Assembly (NCBI GenBank): GCA_902523885.1
Contig: CABZAV010000004.1
Location: 52,761-116,760 of the forward strand
Source: an uncultured SAR86 cluster bacterium
GTDB lineage: Bacteria; Pseudomonadota; Gammaproteobacteria; Magnimaribacterales; AG-339-G14
DNA: 64,000 nucleotides
Reading direction: 5' to 3'
Below the pieces are notes generated by a model. That model did no database searches and had not been told where the DNA came from. It saw only the letters and a program-made list of their open reading frames with translations. This document shows, in pieces, positions 10,784-20,507 of this stretch. The translations under genes and the position numbers were made by a program. Numbering within the stretch: position 1 is the first letter of the stretch; each line of letters begins with the position of its first letter.

Positions 10784-11701
10784 ATGAACCTGCTTGTTGT
10801 TGACATTGGCGGCACAAATATTCGTTATTTAGAGATATTTAAAGGAAAGAAGAATAAAATAAAAAAAGAAAAAATTCTATCGACAACGAAATTCAATACT
10901 TTATTAAATGAGGTAATATCAAATTGTCTTAATCCAATTGATAATTTAGTTATTTCCGCTGCCGGCCCTAAAAGTAATAATTCAATTAAAATGACGAATC
11001 AAAAATTTAAGATTGATTCACAAATAATAAAAAAAAGGTTTAATCTTAAAAACTGTTTTCTTTTAAACGATTTAGAAGCCGCAGGTTATATCTTGCAAAA
11101 AGTATCTAGGGATAATAAAAAAATAATTAAAAAAGGAAAAAAAACTAATTCAACCAAAGCTTTAATCACACCAGGAACGGGCTTAGGTTTGTCTTTTGTA
11201 ATAGATAATAAGATAGTAATACCTTCTGAAATAGGGAATTCAAAAATTTTAATCTCTGACATAATAAAAAAGAATAAAAAATTTAGTTATACAAATTTTT
11301 TAAAAATAGAAGATTTTTTATCTGGCCCTGGGCTATCAAAAATTTATAAAAGTTTCTATAAAAAAAATATTTCTTCAAGTGAAGTGGTTTTTCAGGGCTT
11401 GAATAATAGTCCTAAGGCATTAAGAGCCATTGAAGTTTTTTTAGAAATATTAGCTAAATTTTTAGCAGAAATTTCTCTTATTTACGTACCAGGTAACGGT
11501 ATATTTTTATCAGGCAGTCTTATGAGATCATTAAAAAAATTTATTGATAATAATAAGTTTGAGGATATTTTTTTAAAACAAGTTAATAAAACTCATAGAA
11601 AACTACTCGAATCTATTGAAATAAATTTTATTGATAAAGAACATCTTTCTATTCATGGATGTATAGAATATTTTAATTTAACTCAGAAAGATTTAGGTTA
11701 A
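10784..11701 (+). CDS. Glucokinase-family protein (Glk-like, divergent)
   Basis: LLVVDIGGTNIRY, LNDLEAAGY, TPGTGLGLS and LSGPGLSKIY align with E. coli Glk motifs. The Glk GEGGH region reads SEIGNSK here. Confidence 0.65.
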   Translation: MNLLVVDIGGTNIRYLEIFKGKKNKIKKEKILSTTKFNTLLNEVISNCLNPIDNLVISAAGPKSNNSIKMTNQKFKIDSQIIKKRFNLKNCFLLNDLEAAGYILQKVSRDNKKIIKKGKKTNSTKALITPGTGLGLSFVIDNKIVIPSEIGNSKILISDIIKKNKKFSYTNFLKIEDFLSGPGLSKIYKSFYKKNISSSEVVFQGLNNSPKALRAIEVFLEILAKFLAEISLIYVPGNGIFLSGSLMRSLKKFIDNNKFEDIFLKQVNKTHRKLLESIEINFIDKEHLSIHGCIEYFNLTQKDLG

Positions 11702-13085
11702 GAACTTCTCCTGGAAAAATTAAACTGGCATCCTCGATTTCATTCCACTTTAAAATCCAGTCTTTATCTATTCCAAATTTGATCGCAATTTTACTAATAG
11801 TGTCTCCATTTTTAACTGGATATGAAATATCGTTAAAATTTGCTTTGACGATTTTTTTTGGTTTTAAATATTTTGGATAGATTAATATTTTTGTTCCTGT
11901 TAAAAGAAAGTTTGAAGGATTAAGTCCATTCCAAATTGTTAAGTCCCTTATTGTGACATTAAATTTTTTTGAAATAGACCAAAGGCTATCGCCTGATTTT
12001 ACATAATATATATCTGGACGATTTAAATAATCTTTTATCCAACTAGGTCCTCTTGGAACAAATAGCTCTTCATTTTCGTAAATCAAATTATCATCTAATC
12101 CATTTATTTCTTTTAGTAGCTCATAATCGATCATATAAGAATCAGATATCGAAGAGAGGGTGTCACCTTTCTGCACTAAATATTTATCCCATTGAACTAA
12201 GTCTGAAGGATCAATATCTTTTAGTACTATTTGAAACCTATCTGCTATTCCAACTGGTAAAAGAATTCTAAAAGGACCGCTGGGATCCGTTGCCCATTGA
12301 TTAAAACCTGGATTAAGCTCATAAATAACTTCAAGTTTTAAACCCGATAGGTTAGCGATTTGCATTAAATCTACTTGGGAAGGCAAATCTACAATTCTAA
12401 AATAAGGTCTATTTGCAAGATATGGAAGTTCGATATTAAAAGTGCTTGGATTCCTTATGACTTCTGCTAAAGCTAAAATTTTTGGGACATATGCTCTTGT
12501 TTCTTTGGGCAGATTAAGTGACCAAAAATCAGTTGGAAGGCCTTTCTCTTTATTTTTTCTAATTTCTTTTCTAACTCGTGAGGGCCCAGCGTTATAAGCG
12601 GCAATTGCTATCAACCAGTCATCGTGCTCTTCATTTAATTTAACCAAGAAATTATAAGCGGCATTAGTAGAAGCAACGATATCTCGTCTGGCGTCATACC
12701 ACCAATTTTTTTTCAGCCCATTTTCTAAAGCAGTAGATGGAATAAACTGCCAAATTCCTGAAGCACCAGTTGAAGATTGAGCATAAGGATCAAATTGACT
12801 TTCTACAAATGGAATTAAACTCAATTCAACGGGCAGATCTCTTTTTAATGCTTCCGAAACGGTATAAAAAAGATACCTTTGTCCATTTTTTGATAATCTA
12901 TTTATTAAGTATTGATGAGAGTCATATTTCTTTAAAGCTTCAATTATTTGAGGTTTAGTATTGTCGTAGTTTAATTTGCTATTTGTTCTAATTTCTTCCC
13001 AAAGACTTGGACCGTTTCGACCATTTTGAGAAACTGAATTCATGCTAAAAAACAGCAATAAAAAATATAATTTTAGTTTCTTCAT
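11673..13085 (-). CDS. mltD: Membrane-bound lytic murein transglycosylase D-like (SLT domain + LysM repeats)
   Basis: Signal peptide, SLT motif ESQFDPYAQSSTGASGIWQF, and three C-terminal LysM-like repeats (YLVQKGDTLSSIS, YYVKSGDSLWSIS, YPVKNGDTISKIA). Confidence 0.85.
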   Translation of the reverse strand: MKKLKLYFLLLFFSMNSVSQNGRNGPSLWEEIRTNSKLNYDNTKPQIIEALKKYDSHQYLINRLSKNGQRYLFYTVSEALKRDLPVELSLIPFVESQFDPYAQSSTGASGIWQFIPSTALENGLKKNWWYDARRDIVASTNAAYNFLVKLNEEHDDWLIAIAAYNAGPSRVRKEIRKNKEKGLPTDFWSLNLPKETRAYVPKILALAEVIRNPSTFNIELPYLANRPYFRIVDLPSQVDLMQIANLSGLKLEVIYELNPGFNQWATDPSGPFRILLPVGIADRFQIVLKDIDPSDLVQWDKYLVQKGDTLSSISDSYMIDYELLKEINGLDDNLIYENEELFVPRGPSWIKDYLNRPDIYYVKSGDSLWSISKKFNVTIRDLTIWNGLNPSNFLLTGTKILIYPKYLKPKKIVKANFNDISYPVKNGDTISKIAIKFGIDKDWILKWNEIEDASLIFPGEVLNLNLSELN

Positions 13086-13088
13086 ATT

Positions 13089-13859
13089 TTAAAAGGAGTC
13101 TTTCATAGATCTAATAGCTGCTAAACTTTCCATTGAGTTAGATATCTTTTCACCAATGAATTGTTCTGAACTTTTTAAAATTTCTTTATCATTTAATAAA
13201 AAAAACGGATTTATTTTTTTCTCTAAGCCAATATTGGAAGGCAGGGTAATTTCAGAATTAGATCGTAATTCATCAACTTCCTTCGAATATTTTATTAGAT
13301 CAAGATTGCTAGGATTAACTGATAAAGCAAACTTTAAATTACTTTGAGTATATTCATGAGCACAAAAAACTAGTGTCTCTTCGGGAAGCGAGATAAATTT
13401 ATTTAATGAGGTAAACATATCTTCTGCAGTTCCTTCAAATAATCTACCGCATCCACCAGAAAACAATGTATCGCCACAAAACAAATAAGAACCTTTATCG
13501 CTGGAATGGAAATAAGCTATATGATCAAGAGTATGTCCGGGCGTTTCAAATACTTTAAATTTAAAATTGAGAATAGTAATTTCATCTCCTTCAGACACTT
13601 TATTAGTTAAGCCATCTATATGATCTCCTGTAGGACCATAAACTGGACAATTATATTTTTTAGCTAAATCAAGCATCCCACCAGTATGATCAAAATGATG
13701 ATGAGTGATTAAAATACTTTCTAGGTCTAAATTATTTGATTTTAAAAAATCAAATACTGGGGAAGAGTCTCCTGGATCAACCACAACACTGGAGTTTCCA
13801 TATACAATTGCCCATATATAATTATCAGTAAATGCAGGAATTGGATGAACATTCAGCAT
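13089..13859 (-). CDS. gloB: Hydroxyacylglutathione hydrolase (glyoxalase II)
   Basis: MLNVHPIPAFTDNYIW N-terminus and the THHHFDH metallo-beta-lactamase motif. The ORF could also start at 13874. Confidence 0.9.
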   Translation of the reverse strand: MLNVHPIPAFTDNYIWAIVYGNSSVVVDPGDSSPVFDFLKSNNLDLESILITHHHFDHTGGMLDLAKKYNCPVYGPTGDHIDGLTNKVSEGDEITILNFKFKVFETPGHTLDHIAYFHSSDKGSYLFCGDTLFSGGCGRLFEGTAEDMFTSLNKFISLPEETLVFCAHEYTQSNLKFALSVNPSNLDLIKYSKEVDELRSNSEITLPSNIGLEKKINPFFLLNDKEILKSSEQFIGEKISNSMESLAAIRSMKDSF

Positions 13860-13905
13860 AAACAATTTTAACATTTGAGGTTCTTAAAGATAAGTTTTTT
13901 AATTG

Positions 13906-14337
13906 ATGGAAAGGATAAAAATATATACAGACGGAGCATGCAGAGGTAATCCTGGAAAAGGAGGATGGGGAGTTTTTATTATAAATGGTCAAAAAAGTAA
14001 AAAAATATTTGGAGGAAAAATAGAAACAACTAATAATGAAATGGAACTCACTGCAGCAATCAAAGGCTTAGAGTTCTTCAATTCACCCACAGACTTAGAT
14101 CTTTATACGGATTCAAAATATGTAATGGATGGAATCAATGATTGGATTCATAATTGGAAAAAAAATGGATGGAAAACTGCTAATAAGAAACCCGTAAAAC
14201 GTTCTAATTTGTGGATAGAATTAGATAAATTAAATAAATTTCATGATGTTAAATGGTATTGGATAAAAGGACATAGTGGCGACATAGGAAACGACATGGC
14301 TGATGAATTAGCTAATCAAGGTATTGATTCTTTGTAA
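13906..14337 (+). CDS. rnhA: Ribonuclease HI
   Basis: IYTDGACRGNPGKGGWG and WIKGHSG..NDMADELA motifs. A TTG at 13903 is an alternative start. Confidence 0.93.
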   Translation: MERIKIYTDGACRGNPGKGGWGVFIINGQKSKKIFGGKIETTNNEMELTAAIKGLEFFNSPTDLDLYTDSKYVMDGINDWIHNWKKNGWKTANKKPVKRSNLWIELDKLNKFHDVKWYWIKGHSGDIGNDMADELANQGIDSL

Positions 14338-14339
14338 AA

Positions 14340-15014
14340 ATGAGACAGGTAATTTTAGATACAGAAACAACAGGATTAGATCTTCAATCAGGGAATAGAA
14401 TAATAGAAATTGGTTGTGTTGAAATTATCGACAGAAAATTTACTGGAAGAGAATTCCATACTTTTTTAAATCCTGAACGGGCTGTGGAACCAGGTGCTTT
14501 TAAAGTGCATGGAGTTTCAAATGATTTTCTGTCTGATAAGCCAATTTTTAAAGATATTTATGAGGATTTTCTTTCCTTTATCAAAGGCGCAGAGTTGCTT
14601 ATTCATAACGCAGATTTTGATGTTAGTTTTTTAAACAATGAACTTAAATTATCAAATCTGGAGATTACACTTGAAGAGTATGTTTCTAACGTAGTTGATA
14701 CGCTGAGTATGGCAAGACAATTACATCCTGGCCAACGAAATAGCTTAGATGTTCTAACCGATAGATATAACATCAAGGGCTATGATCGAAGTTATCATGG
14801 AGCTCTCCTAGATTCAAAAATATTAGGAGAAGTTTATTTATCTATGACTGGCGGTCAGACAAAACTTGATTTCAATGAAGCCATGGAAAAAAAAGAATTA
14901 TCATTAAAAGAAAATTTCATTAATAATTCAGTTTCACTTGCAAAAGTTTCGGTTTCAGTTGAAGAAGAAAAAAATCATCAAGAATATTTAGATAAAATTA
15001 AAATAGAAAATTGA
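14340..15014 (+). CDS. dnaQ: DNA polymerase III epsilon subunit (3'-5' exonuclease)
   Basis: Exo motifs ILDTETTGL, HNADFDVSFL and YHGALLDSKILGEVY. Confidence 0.93.
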   Translation: MRQVILDTETTGLDLQSGNRIIEIGCVEIIDRKFTGREFHTFLNPERAVEPGAFKVHGVSNDFLSDKPIFKDIYEDFLSFIKGAELLIHNADFDVSFLNNELKLSNLEITLEEYVSNVVDTLSMARQLHPGQRNSLDVLTDRYNIKGYDRSYHGALLDSKILGEVYLSMTGGQTKLDFNEAMEKKELSLKENFINNSVSLAKVSVSVEEEKNHQEYLDKIKIEN

Positions 15015-16387
15015 AACAAGAAATAACAAGGTTTGCACCAAGCCCAACCGGACACTTGCATTTGGGTGGTGCAAGAACAGCTTTATTTTCTTGGTTATTT
15101 GCTCAAAAAAATAAAGGTAAATTTTTATTAAGATTTGAAGACACTGATAAAGAAAGGTCTAAAAAAGAATACGAAGAATCAATTATTTCTAGTTTGGCTT
15201 GGCTTGGTATTGAGCCTGATGAAGATCCTGTTTTTCAAAGTAAAAATATTGAATTACATCGTACAGTGGCGCTGAGACTTCTAGAATCAGGAAATGCATA
15301 CTCATGTGATTGTTCGCCTGAGCAATTAAACGAGATGAGAGAAAAGCAAATAGAACAAAAAATGCAACCAAGATACGATGGTTTCAACAGAGACAAAAAT
15401 CTTCCGCATAAAGAAGGCAATGTCATTAGGTTCAAAATGCCTATTCAAGGAAAAACTTCCTTTGAAGATAAAATTTTAGGAACTATTTCTGTTAACAATA
15501 AAGAATTAGATGATTTTATTATTCTTAGAGGGGATGGAAGTCCAACTTATAATTTTTCCGCAGCAATCGATGATCAAGAAATGAAAATAACAACTGTTAT
15601 TAGAGGAGATGATCATATCACTAACACTCTAAAACAAATTAATATATTTAAATCATTAGAAGAGCCCATTCCAAATTATGCTCATTTGCCTATGGTGTTA
15701 TCAAATACAGGAAAAAGGCTTTCAAAAAGAGATGGAGCTGTAGATCTTTTGGATTATAAAAAATCAGGATATTTGAAGGAAGCTTTAATAAATTATTTAG
15801 TTAAATTAGGTTGGACATATTCAGATCAAGAAATTTTTTCTAAAGAAGAATTATTGAGTTTGTTTACATTGGAAGCAGTTAATTCCTCACCTGCAAAATT
15901 TTCTGAAGAATTAATAAACTTTTACAACAATCACTACATCAACTCTATACAAATAGAGGATTTATATCAGTTGATTATTAAAGAATATGATGTTTCTTAT
16001 AAAATTGACTCTAATATTCACTACTTAGAAATCTTGAAACTCATAAGAGAAGGCTCTAAAACTTTATTGGATCTAATAAATCAAATGCAGTTCTTTTACG
16101 AAACTCCACAATACGAAGAAAAACATAAAGATTTTATTCAGACGAATATTGAAATTATTTCTGTCTTTAAAGAAAATATTAGTACGCTCGATTTTAGTGA
16201 TTTAAAAATGTTGGAAAATAATATAAAAGAATTTTTATCATCGAAAGATTTAAAATTTCCTCAACTAGGCAAACCCTTAAGATTAATTTTAGCTGGAAGA
16301 GAAAATGCTCCATCTATTTCTCAATTATTATTTTTCTTAGGTTATGAGGAATCATTAAAGAGAATTAACTTATTTTTAACTAAATAA
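15011..16387 (+). CDS. gltX: Glutamate--tRNA ligase
   Basis: TTG start overlapping the dnaQ stop (TTGA). HIGH motif ([11 protein letters not shown]) and a KMSKS-like RLSKRDG. Confidence 0.93.
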   Translation: MKQEITRFAPSPTGHLHLGGARTALFSWLFAQKNKGKFLLRFEDTDKERSKKEYEESIISSLAWLGIEPDEDPVFQSKNIELHRTVALRLLESGNAYSCDCSPEQLNEMREKQIEQKMQPRYDGFNRDKNLPHKEGNVIRFKMPIQGKTSFEDKILGTISVNNKELDDFIILRGDGSPTYNFSAAIDDQEMKITTVIRGDDHITNTLKQINIFKSLEEPIPNYAHLPMVLSNTGKRLSKRDGAVDLLDYKKSGYLKEALINYLVKLGWTYSDQEIFSKEELLSLFTLEAVNSSPAKFSEELINFYNNHYINSIQIEDLYQLIIKEYDVSYKIDSNIHYLEILKLIREGSKTLLDLINQMQFFYETPQYEEKHKDFIQTNIEIISVFKENISTLDFSDLKMLENNIKEFLSSKDLKFPQLGKPLRLILAGRENAPSISQLLFFLGYEESLKRINLFLTK

Positions 16388-16403
16388 CGGTAAACTATCT
16401 TTG

Positions 16404-16586
16404 ATGATTGATAAAAAACTCTTAGATATTTTGGTTTGTCCCGTTTCAAAAGACAATCTTATTCAGATTGGCGACGAGCTGATCTCGAAGAAAGGAATGC
16501 TAGCCTTTCCAATAAGAGAAGGTATACCAGTCATGCTTGAAAATGAAGCAAGAAAACTTAAACCCGAAGATATTAAAGATCTCTAA
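16404..16586 (+). CDS. Trm112/YcaR (UPF0434) family small protein
   Basis: About 60 aa with [12 protein letters not shown] and GIPVML motifs typical of the family. Confidence 0.8.
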   Translation: MIDKKLLDILVCPVSKDNLIQIGDELISKKGMLAFPIREGIPVMLENEARKLKPEDIKDL

Positions 16587-17875
16587 TCTTCTGTTTGAGC
16601 TAAATCTCTCTTTCCTTGAACACTCGCCATACTTGCATGATTTAGAATATTCCTTCCCATAGAAGAAGACTGTTTTAAAGAAAATTCTCTGTATATTTTA
16701 GCTCTAGCATCGTGCATTTGATCGTTATTATTATCTGCATGAAAAGCAGTTTCGATTAATTGAGCTGCAACTTTCAAATTACCTTTATCAAGGTGTTCTA
16801 AAGCTTTTAAAATAATATTATCTATACCGTTTGAAAGCTCAACCCAAGCCAAAGCTTCTTCTTTTCTAGGGGCTGGAAGAAGTCTATCGTATTCCCCATC
16901 CCACCATCCTCCGTATCTTCTCCAAATCATTCTTATTAAAAACTGAGGGTCATCGTAGATTGGTGTCAACCAAGGTAACTCCATTAAATCATTTGGAATC
17001 TTAACTTCATATAGAACCTGATTTAGACTTTTGCCTTTATTCATCAGTTTTAAAGTTTGATCTTCAACAGATCTTAAAAATTTTGAGGTTGTTTCAAGAG
17101 CTTTTTTAATTCTTTTTTTACCTAGAATAGGAAAACCATGGCCTGGTAAAAAAATCTCACAGTCTAATTTCAGCATCTCATCTAGGGCATCTGCCCAATC
17201 AGAAATATATCTTTGTACTTTTTGTGGGTTTCCACCATTAGGCACAGCCCAAATAAAAAGGTCACCTGGTGCGATTAACTTTTCTTCAGGAACATGTATC
17301 CATGTGTGGTCATCTGTTTCTCCTCGGGCATGATGAAGATTAAATGTTAAATCTCCACATTTAAAAGAAATATCATGCTTATAAGTTATATCTGGATATC
17401 TATATTCAGTTGGCCATTTAAAATGTTCAACATCTATTGCAAATTGGCGCCTATTAATTGCTGTATTCCAATCATTAGTTTTAATATATCTATCAAAATG
17501 ATCTGGCATTAACTCATGACCATACACAATTGGTTTTGAGATACCCATTTTTTTATTTTCTTCATCAAAATGTTTTACCGCAAATATGTGATCAACATGA
17601 TGATGAGTGAAAATAGCTACCTTTACAGAAGTATTCGGACGCCATTTTTTAATTTCAGCATAAGTTGTATCTATATCAAGTTGACTGCCAGCATCAATCA
17701 TTACTAATCCATCTCCAGTATCTAAGGTGTAATGACCAGCTATCCCTTTTACACCTAGGATATTATTTTTAATCTCAGTCGAGCCAGAATAAAACATGTG
17801 CACAGGATGATGTTCAAATTGAAGATCAATTTCACCATTCCAAGCCAATTCTGCAAGTTCAAGTAAATCTTTCAT
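16583..17875 (-). CDS. Metallo-beta-lactamase fold hydrolase, alkyl/aryl-sulfatase-like
   Basis: 430 aa. [12 protein letters not shown] and [13 protein letters not shown] motifs, followed by a long helical C-terminal region resembling the alkyl-sulfatase dimerisation part. No SCP2-like tail is obvious. Confidence 0.6.
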   Translation of the reverse strand: MKDLLELAELAWNGEIDLQFEHHPVHMFYSGSTEIKNNILGVKGIAGHYTLDTGDGLVMIDAGSQLDIDTTYAEIKKWRPNTSVKVAIFTHHHVDHIFAVKHFDEENKKMGISKPIVYGHELMPDHFDRYIKTNDWNTAINRRQFAIDVEHFKWPTEYRYPDITYKHDISFKCGDLTFNLHHARGETDDHTWIHVPEEKLIAPGDLFIWAVPNGGNPQKVQRYISDWADALDEMLKLDCEIFLPGHGFPILGKKRIKKALETTSKFLRSVEDQTLKLMNKGKSLNQVLYEVKIPNDLMELPWLTPIYDDPQFLIRMIWRRYGGWWDGEYDRLLPAPRKEEALAWVELSNGIDNIILKALEHLDKGNLKVAAQLIETAFHADNNNDQMHDARAKIYREFSLKQSSSMGRNILNHASMASVQGKRDLAQTED

Positions 17876-17900
17876 TTCTCCTCCATTTCAATTGCTTTTA

Positions 17901-17925
17901 ATTCTAATCCATATTTGATTAGAAT
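17901..17925. promoter_or_regulatory. Perfect 9-bp inverted repeat in a divergent promoter region (candidate operator)
   Basis: ATTCTAATC (17901-17909), 7-nt spacer, GATTAGAAT (17917-17925), centred in the 71-nt spacer between the starts at 17875 (-) and 17947 (+). Confidence 0.35.
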
Positions 17926-17946
17926 GATTCTAGAGAGGAGAGATAT

Positions 17947-19071
17947 ATGAGTACAACTAAACCTTTAGAGGGAATAAAAGTTATTGAAATTTCAACTATT
18001 ATAACTGCGTCCTTATCAGCAATGATGCTTTCCGATCAAGGAGCTGAGGTAATAAAAATTGAACAAACTGGTTTTGGAGATCCTTTGAGATACTTAGGTA
18101 CTCAAAAAGGAGGGATTTCAGCTATCTTTGCAAACACAAATAGAGGGAAAAAATCTATTGAGTTAGATCTAAAAACTGAATCTGATTTAGAACAAGCAAA
18201 AAAATTGATCAGTGAGGCTGATGTGCTTATTAATAATTTTAGACCTGGTGTTATGGATTCGCTTGGGCTTGGAAAAGAAGATTGTAAAACTTTAAACAAA
18301 GATTTAATTTATGTGGCAATAACAGGTTTTGGCAAAGAGGGTCCTTATGCTAATGCACCGGCATATGATCATGTAGTGCAGGCAATGTCGGGTTCAACCG
18401 CTATTCAAGCTGATGAAGATAAACCGAAATATATAAAAACTTTATTGTGCGATAAAATTACTGCTTATACCGCTACCCAATCTATATGTTCAGCTTTGTT
18501 GAAAAGAGAAAGAACTGGTGAGGCTGCATGTATTGATCTTTCAATGCTTGACTCGGCTATGTTTTTCTTTTGGCCTGATGGCATGATGAATCAAACTCTT
18601 TTAGACGAAGATGTGGAGATTCTGGCACCTTTGACTTCCAGTTACACTATGTATGAATGCAAGGACGGCGCAATATCTATTGCGGCTTTGTTGGATAAAC
18701 ATTGGTATGGAATTTTTAGAGCAATTGATAAGCCAGAACTTGTCGATGATCCAAAATTTAGTAATACGATTGAACGAAGTAAAAATGTTCATGAGTTGTA
18801 TGAATACCTTAGTCTATTTAAAAACTATGCAGTGGATGATATGTTTAAAAGATTATCTGAGAACGATGTGCCGTGTTCAAAAAACTTAACTTTAGAAGAA
18901 GTTATTACCAATCAACAAGTTACGGATAACAAACTTGTTAAAGAAAAAGAAACAACCCATCAAGGCAAGCTGCGAATGATAAGATATCCGGCATTATTCG
19001 ATGATGAAAAATATATCAATGATAAACCAGCGCCAAAACTTGGCGAAGATAATGAAATCTTATTAAAATAA
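17947..19071 (+). CDS. Family III CoA-transferase (CaiB/BaiF family)
   Basis: N-terminus PLEGIKVIEISTIITASLSAMMLSDQGAEVIKIE is typical of the family. 374 aa. Confidence 0.85.
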   Translation: MSTTKPLEGIKVIEISTIITASLSAMMLSDQGAEVIKIEQTGFGDPLRYLGTQKGGISAIFANTNRGKKSIELDLKTESDLEQAKKLISEADVLINNFRPGVMDSLGLGKEDCKTLNKDLIYVAITGFGKEGPYANAPAYDHVVQAMSGSTAIQADEDKPKYIKTLLCDKITAYTATQSICSALLKRERTGEAACIDLSMLDSAMFFFWPDGMMNQTLLDEDVEILAPLTSSYTMYECKDGAISIAALLDKHWYGIFRAIDKPELVDDPKFSNTIERSKNVHELYEYLSLFKNYAVDDMFKRLSENDVPCSKNLTLEEVITNQQVTDNKLVKEKETTHQGKLRMIRYPALFDDEKYINDKPAPKLGEDNEILLK

Positions 19072-19075
19072 AATT

Positions 19076-19906
19076 ATGAAAATCAAAGTACCAAATAATA
19101 CAGCTCAACTTGGCGTAGAAATAAGTGATCTAAATTTGAGTGGAGAGTTCTCAGATGATCAAATATCAGAGATTAGAAAATCATGGACTGACTATGGTGT
19201 TGCTATTTTTCCAGATCAAAAACTTACGCACGTAAACTTTGAAAAGTTTTCTTTGTTATTTGGTAATTTCGGTGACGATCCATATTTAAAGTCTCTCGAT
19301 GATAGACCCAATATTGTTGAAGTAAAAAGAGCAGCTAATGAAAAAGCTCCTCCTTTTGGGGGTTCCTGGCATTCCGATTGGTCCTTTCAAAAGACTCCTC
19401 CTTCTGCCACTTTGTTGCATTCAAAAATAGTACCTCCGCATGGTGGAGATACTTTGTTCGCAAATACTCAGTTAGCTTATGAAGATTTAGATCAAGAAAC
19501 TAAGGATAAAATTGAAAATTTGGAAGTAATTCATAGTGCAGGTTTGCCTTACGCCGACGATGGATTTTATGCAACAGAAAAAGTGGAGAGGGCGATGAAT
19601 ATTTTGCCGTCAAAAAAAGCGAAAGAAACTCAACTACACCCTCTTGTAAAAACTCATGCAGAAACAAAGAAAAAATGTTTATTTATAAACCCAGTTTATA
19701 CAGTAGCCATAGATAATTATTCAGAAGAGGAATCCTTTCTATTATTATCCTCTCTCTATGAGCACATGACTCAAGACAAATATGTTTATCGCCACAAATG
19801 GTCAAAAGATATGCTTTTGATGTGGGACAATAGAACTGTTGTTCATGCCGCTGACGGAGGTTATGACGGTTATGAAAGGTTAATGCACAGAATAACTGTC
19901 AATTAA
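19076..19906 (+). CDS. TauD/TfdA-family Fe(II)/2-oxoglutarate dioxygenase
   Basis: WHSDWSF (H-x-D iron ligands), GGDTLFANT and a distal His (VVHAA). 276 aa. Confidence 0.85.
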   Translation: MKIKVPNNTAQLGVEISDLNLSGEFSDDQISEIRKSWTDYGVAIFPDQKLTHVNFEKFSLLFGNFGDDPYLKSLDDRPNIVEVKRAANEKAPPFGGSWHSDWSFQKTPPSATLLHSKIVPPHGGDTLFANTQLAYEDLDQETKDKIENLEVIHSAGLPYADDGFYATEKVERAMNILPSKKAKETQLHPLVKTHAETKKKCLFINPVYTVAIDNYSEEESFLLLSSLYEHMTQDKYVYRHKWSKDMLLMWDNRTVVHAADGGYDGYERLMHRITVN

Positions 19907-20341
19907 TTACAATTCCGAAAGATATTTATCTAATCTGTCTTTATTAGTAACAAATGAGTTTTTCAGCTGACTAGCTTGAGCTTTAACTTGCTCCAAATTA
20001 TTTGAATTACCTACCTGAATGACTCCGACCATCGCCATCATTATGTGAGGCGTACATCGGTAAACATAAACTCCTTCAGTGTTGAACGTAACACTAATAT
20101 CTTCACTCATTGCTCCCATCCAAGTATCTCCACCCTTGGGCATCATATTACTTATTGATTCTGAATTATGGGCCATATCAACCGATTTGAAATGAATGGT
20201 ATCTCCTTTTTTAATCTTCATTACAGGCGGGTCAAAGACCATAATACCGCCTGGACCTGAGTTAAGCATTCTTACTTCATAATCTGCAGAGAAATAGAAA
20301 TTAGAAAAAAGAAATAAAATTAAAAAGTTGTAAATTTTCAT
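19907..20341 (-). CDS. Pseudoazurin (type-1 blue copper protein)
   Basis: Signal peptide, then ADYEVRMLNSGPGG.MVFDP...AHN...YVYRCTPHIMMAMVGVIQVG. This aligns along its length with classical pseudoazurins (His, Cys-x2-His-x4-Met ligands). Confidence 0.9.
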   Translation of the reverse strand: MKIYNFLILFLFSNFYFSADYEVRMLNSGPGGIMVFDPPVMKIKKGDTIHFKSVDMAHNSESISNMMPKGGDTWMGAMSEDISVTFNTEGVYVYRCTPHIMMAMVGVIQVGNSNNLEQVKAQASQLKNSFVTNKDRLDKYLSEL

Positions 20342-20507
20342 AAATAAATTTTACATTTTTAAATCATTTAGATCTTAAAGTAAGGAAAAATTACCTTTAA
20401 AATTCTATCTAAATAACAAACTTAATTGATTGGTAAATAAAGAATTTATCATTTAAAAGAAAATATGATTGAATTACATCTAAATTCATTAGAAACAAGG
20501 AGAAAAA

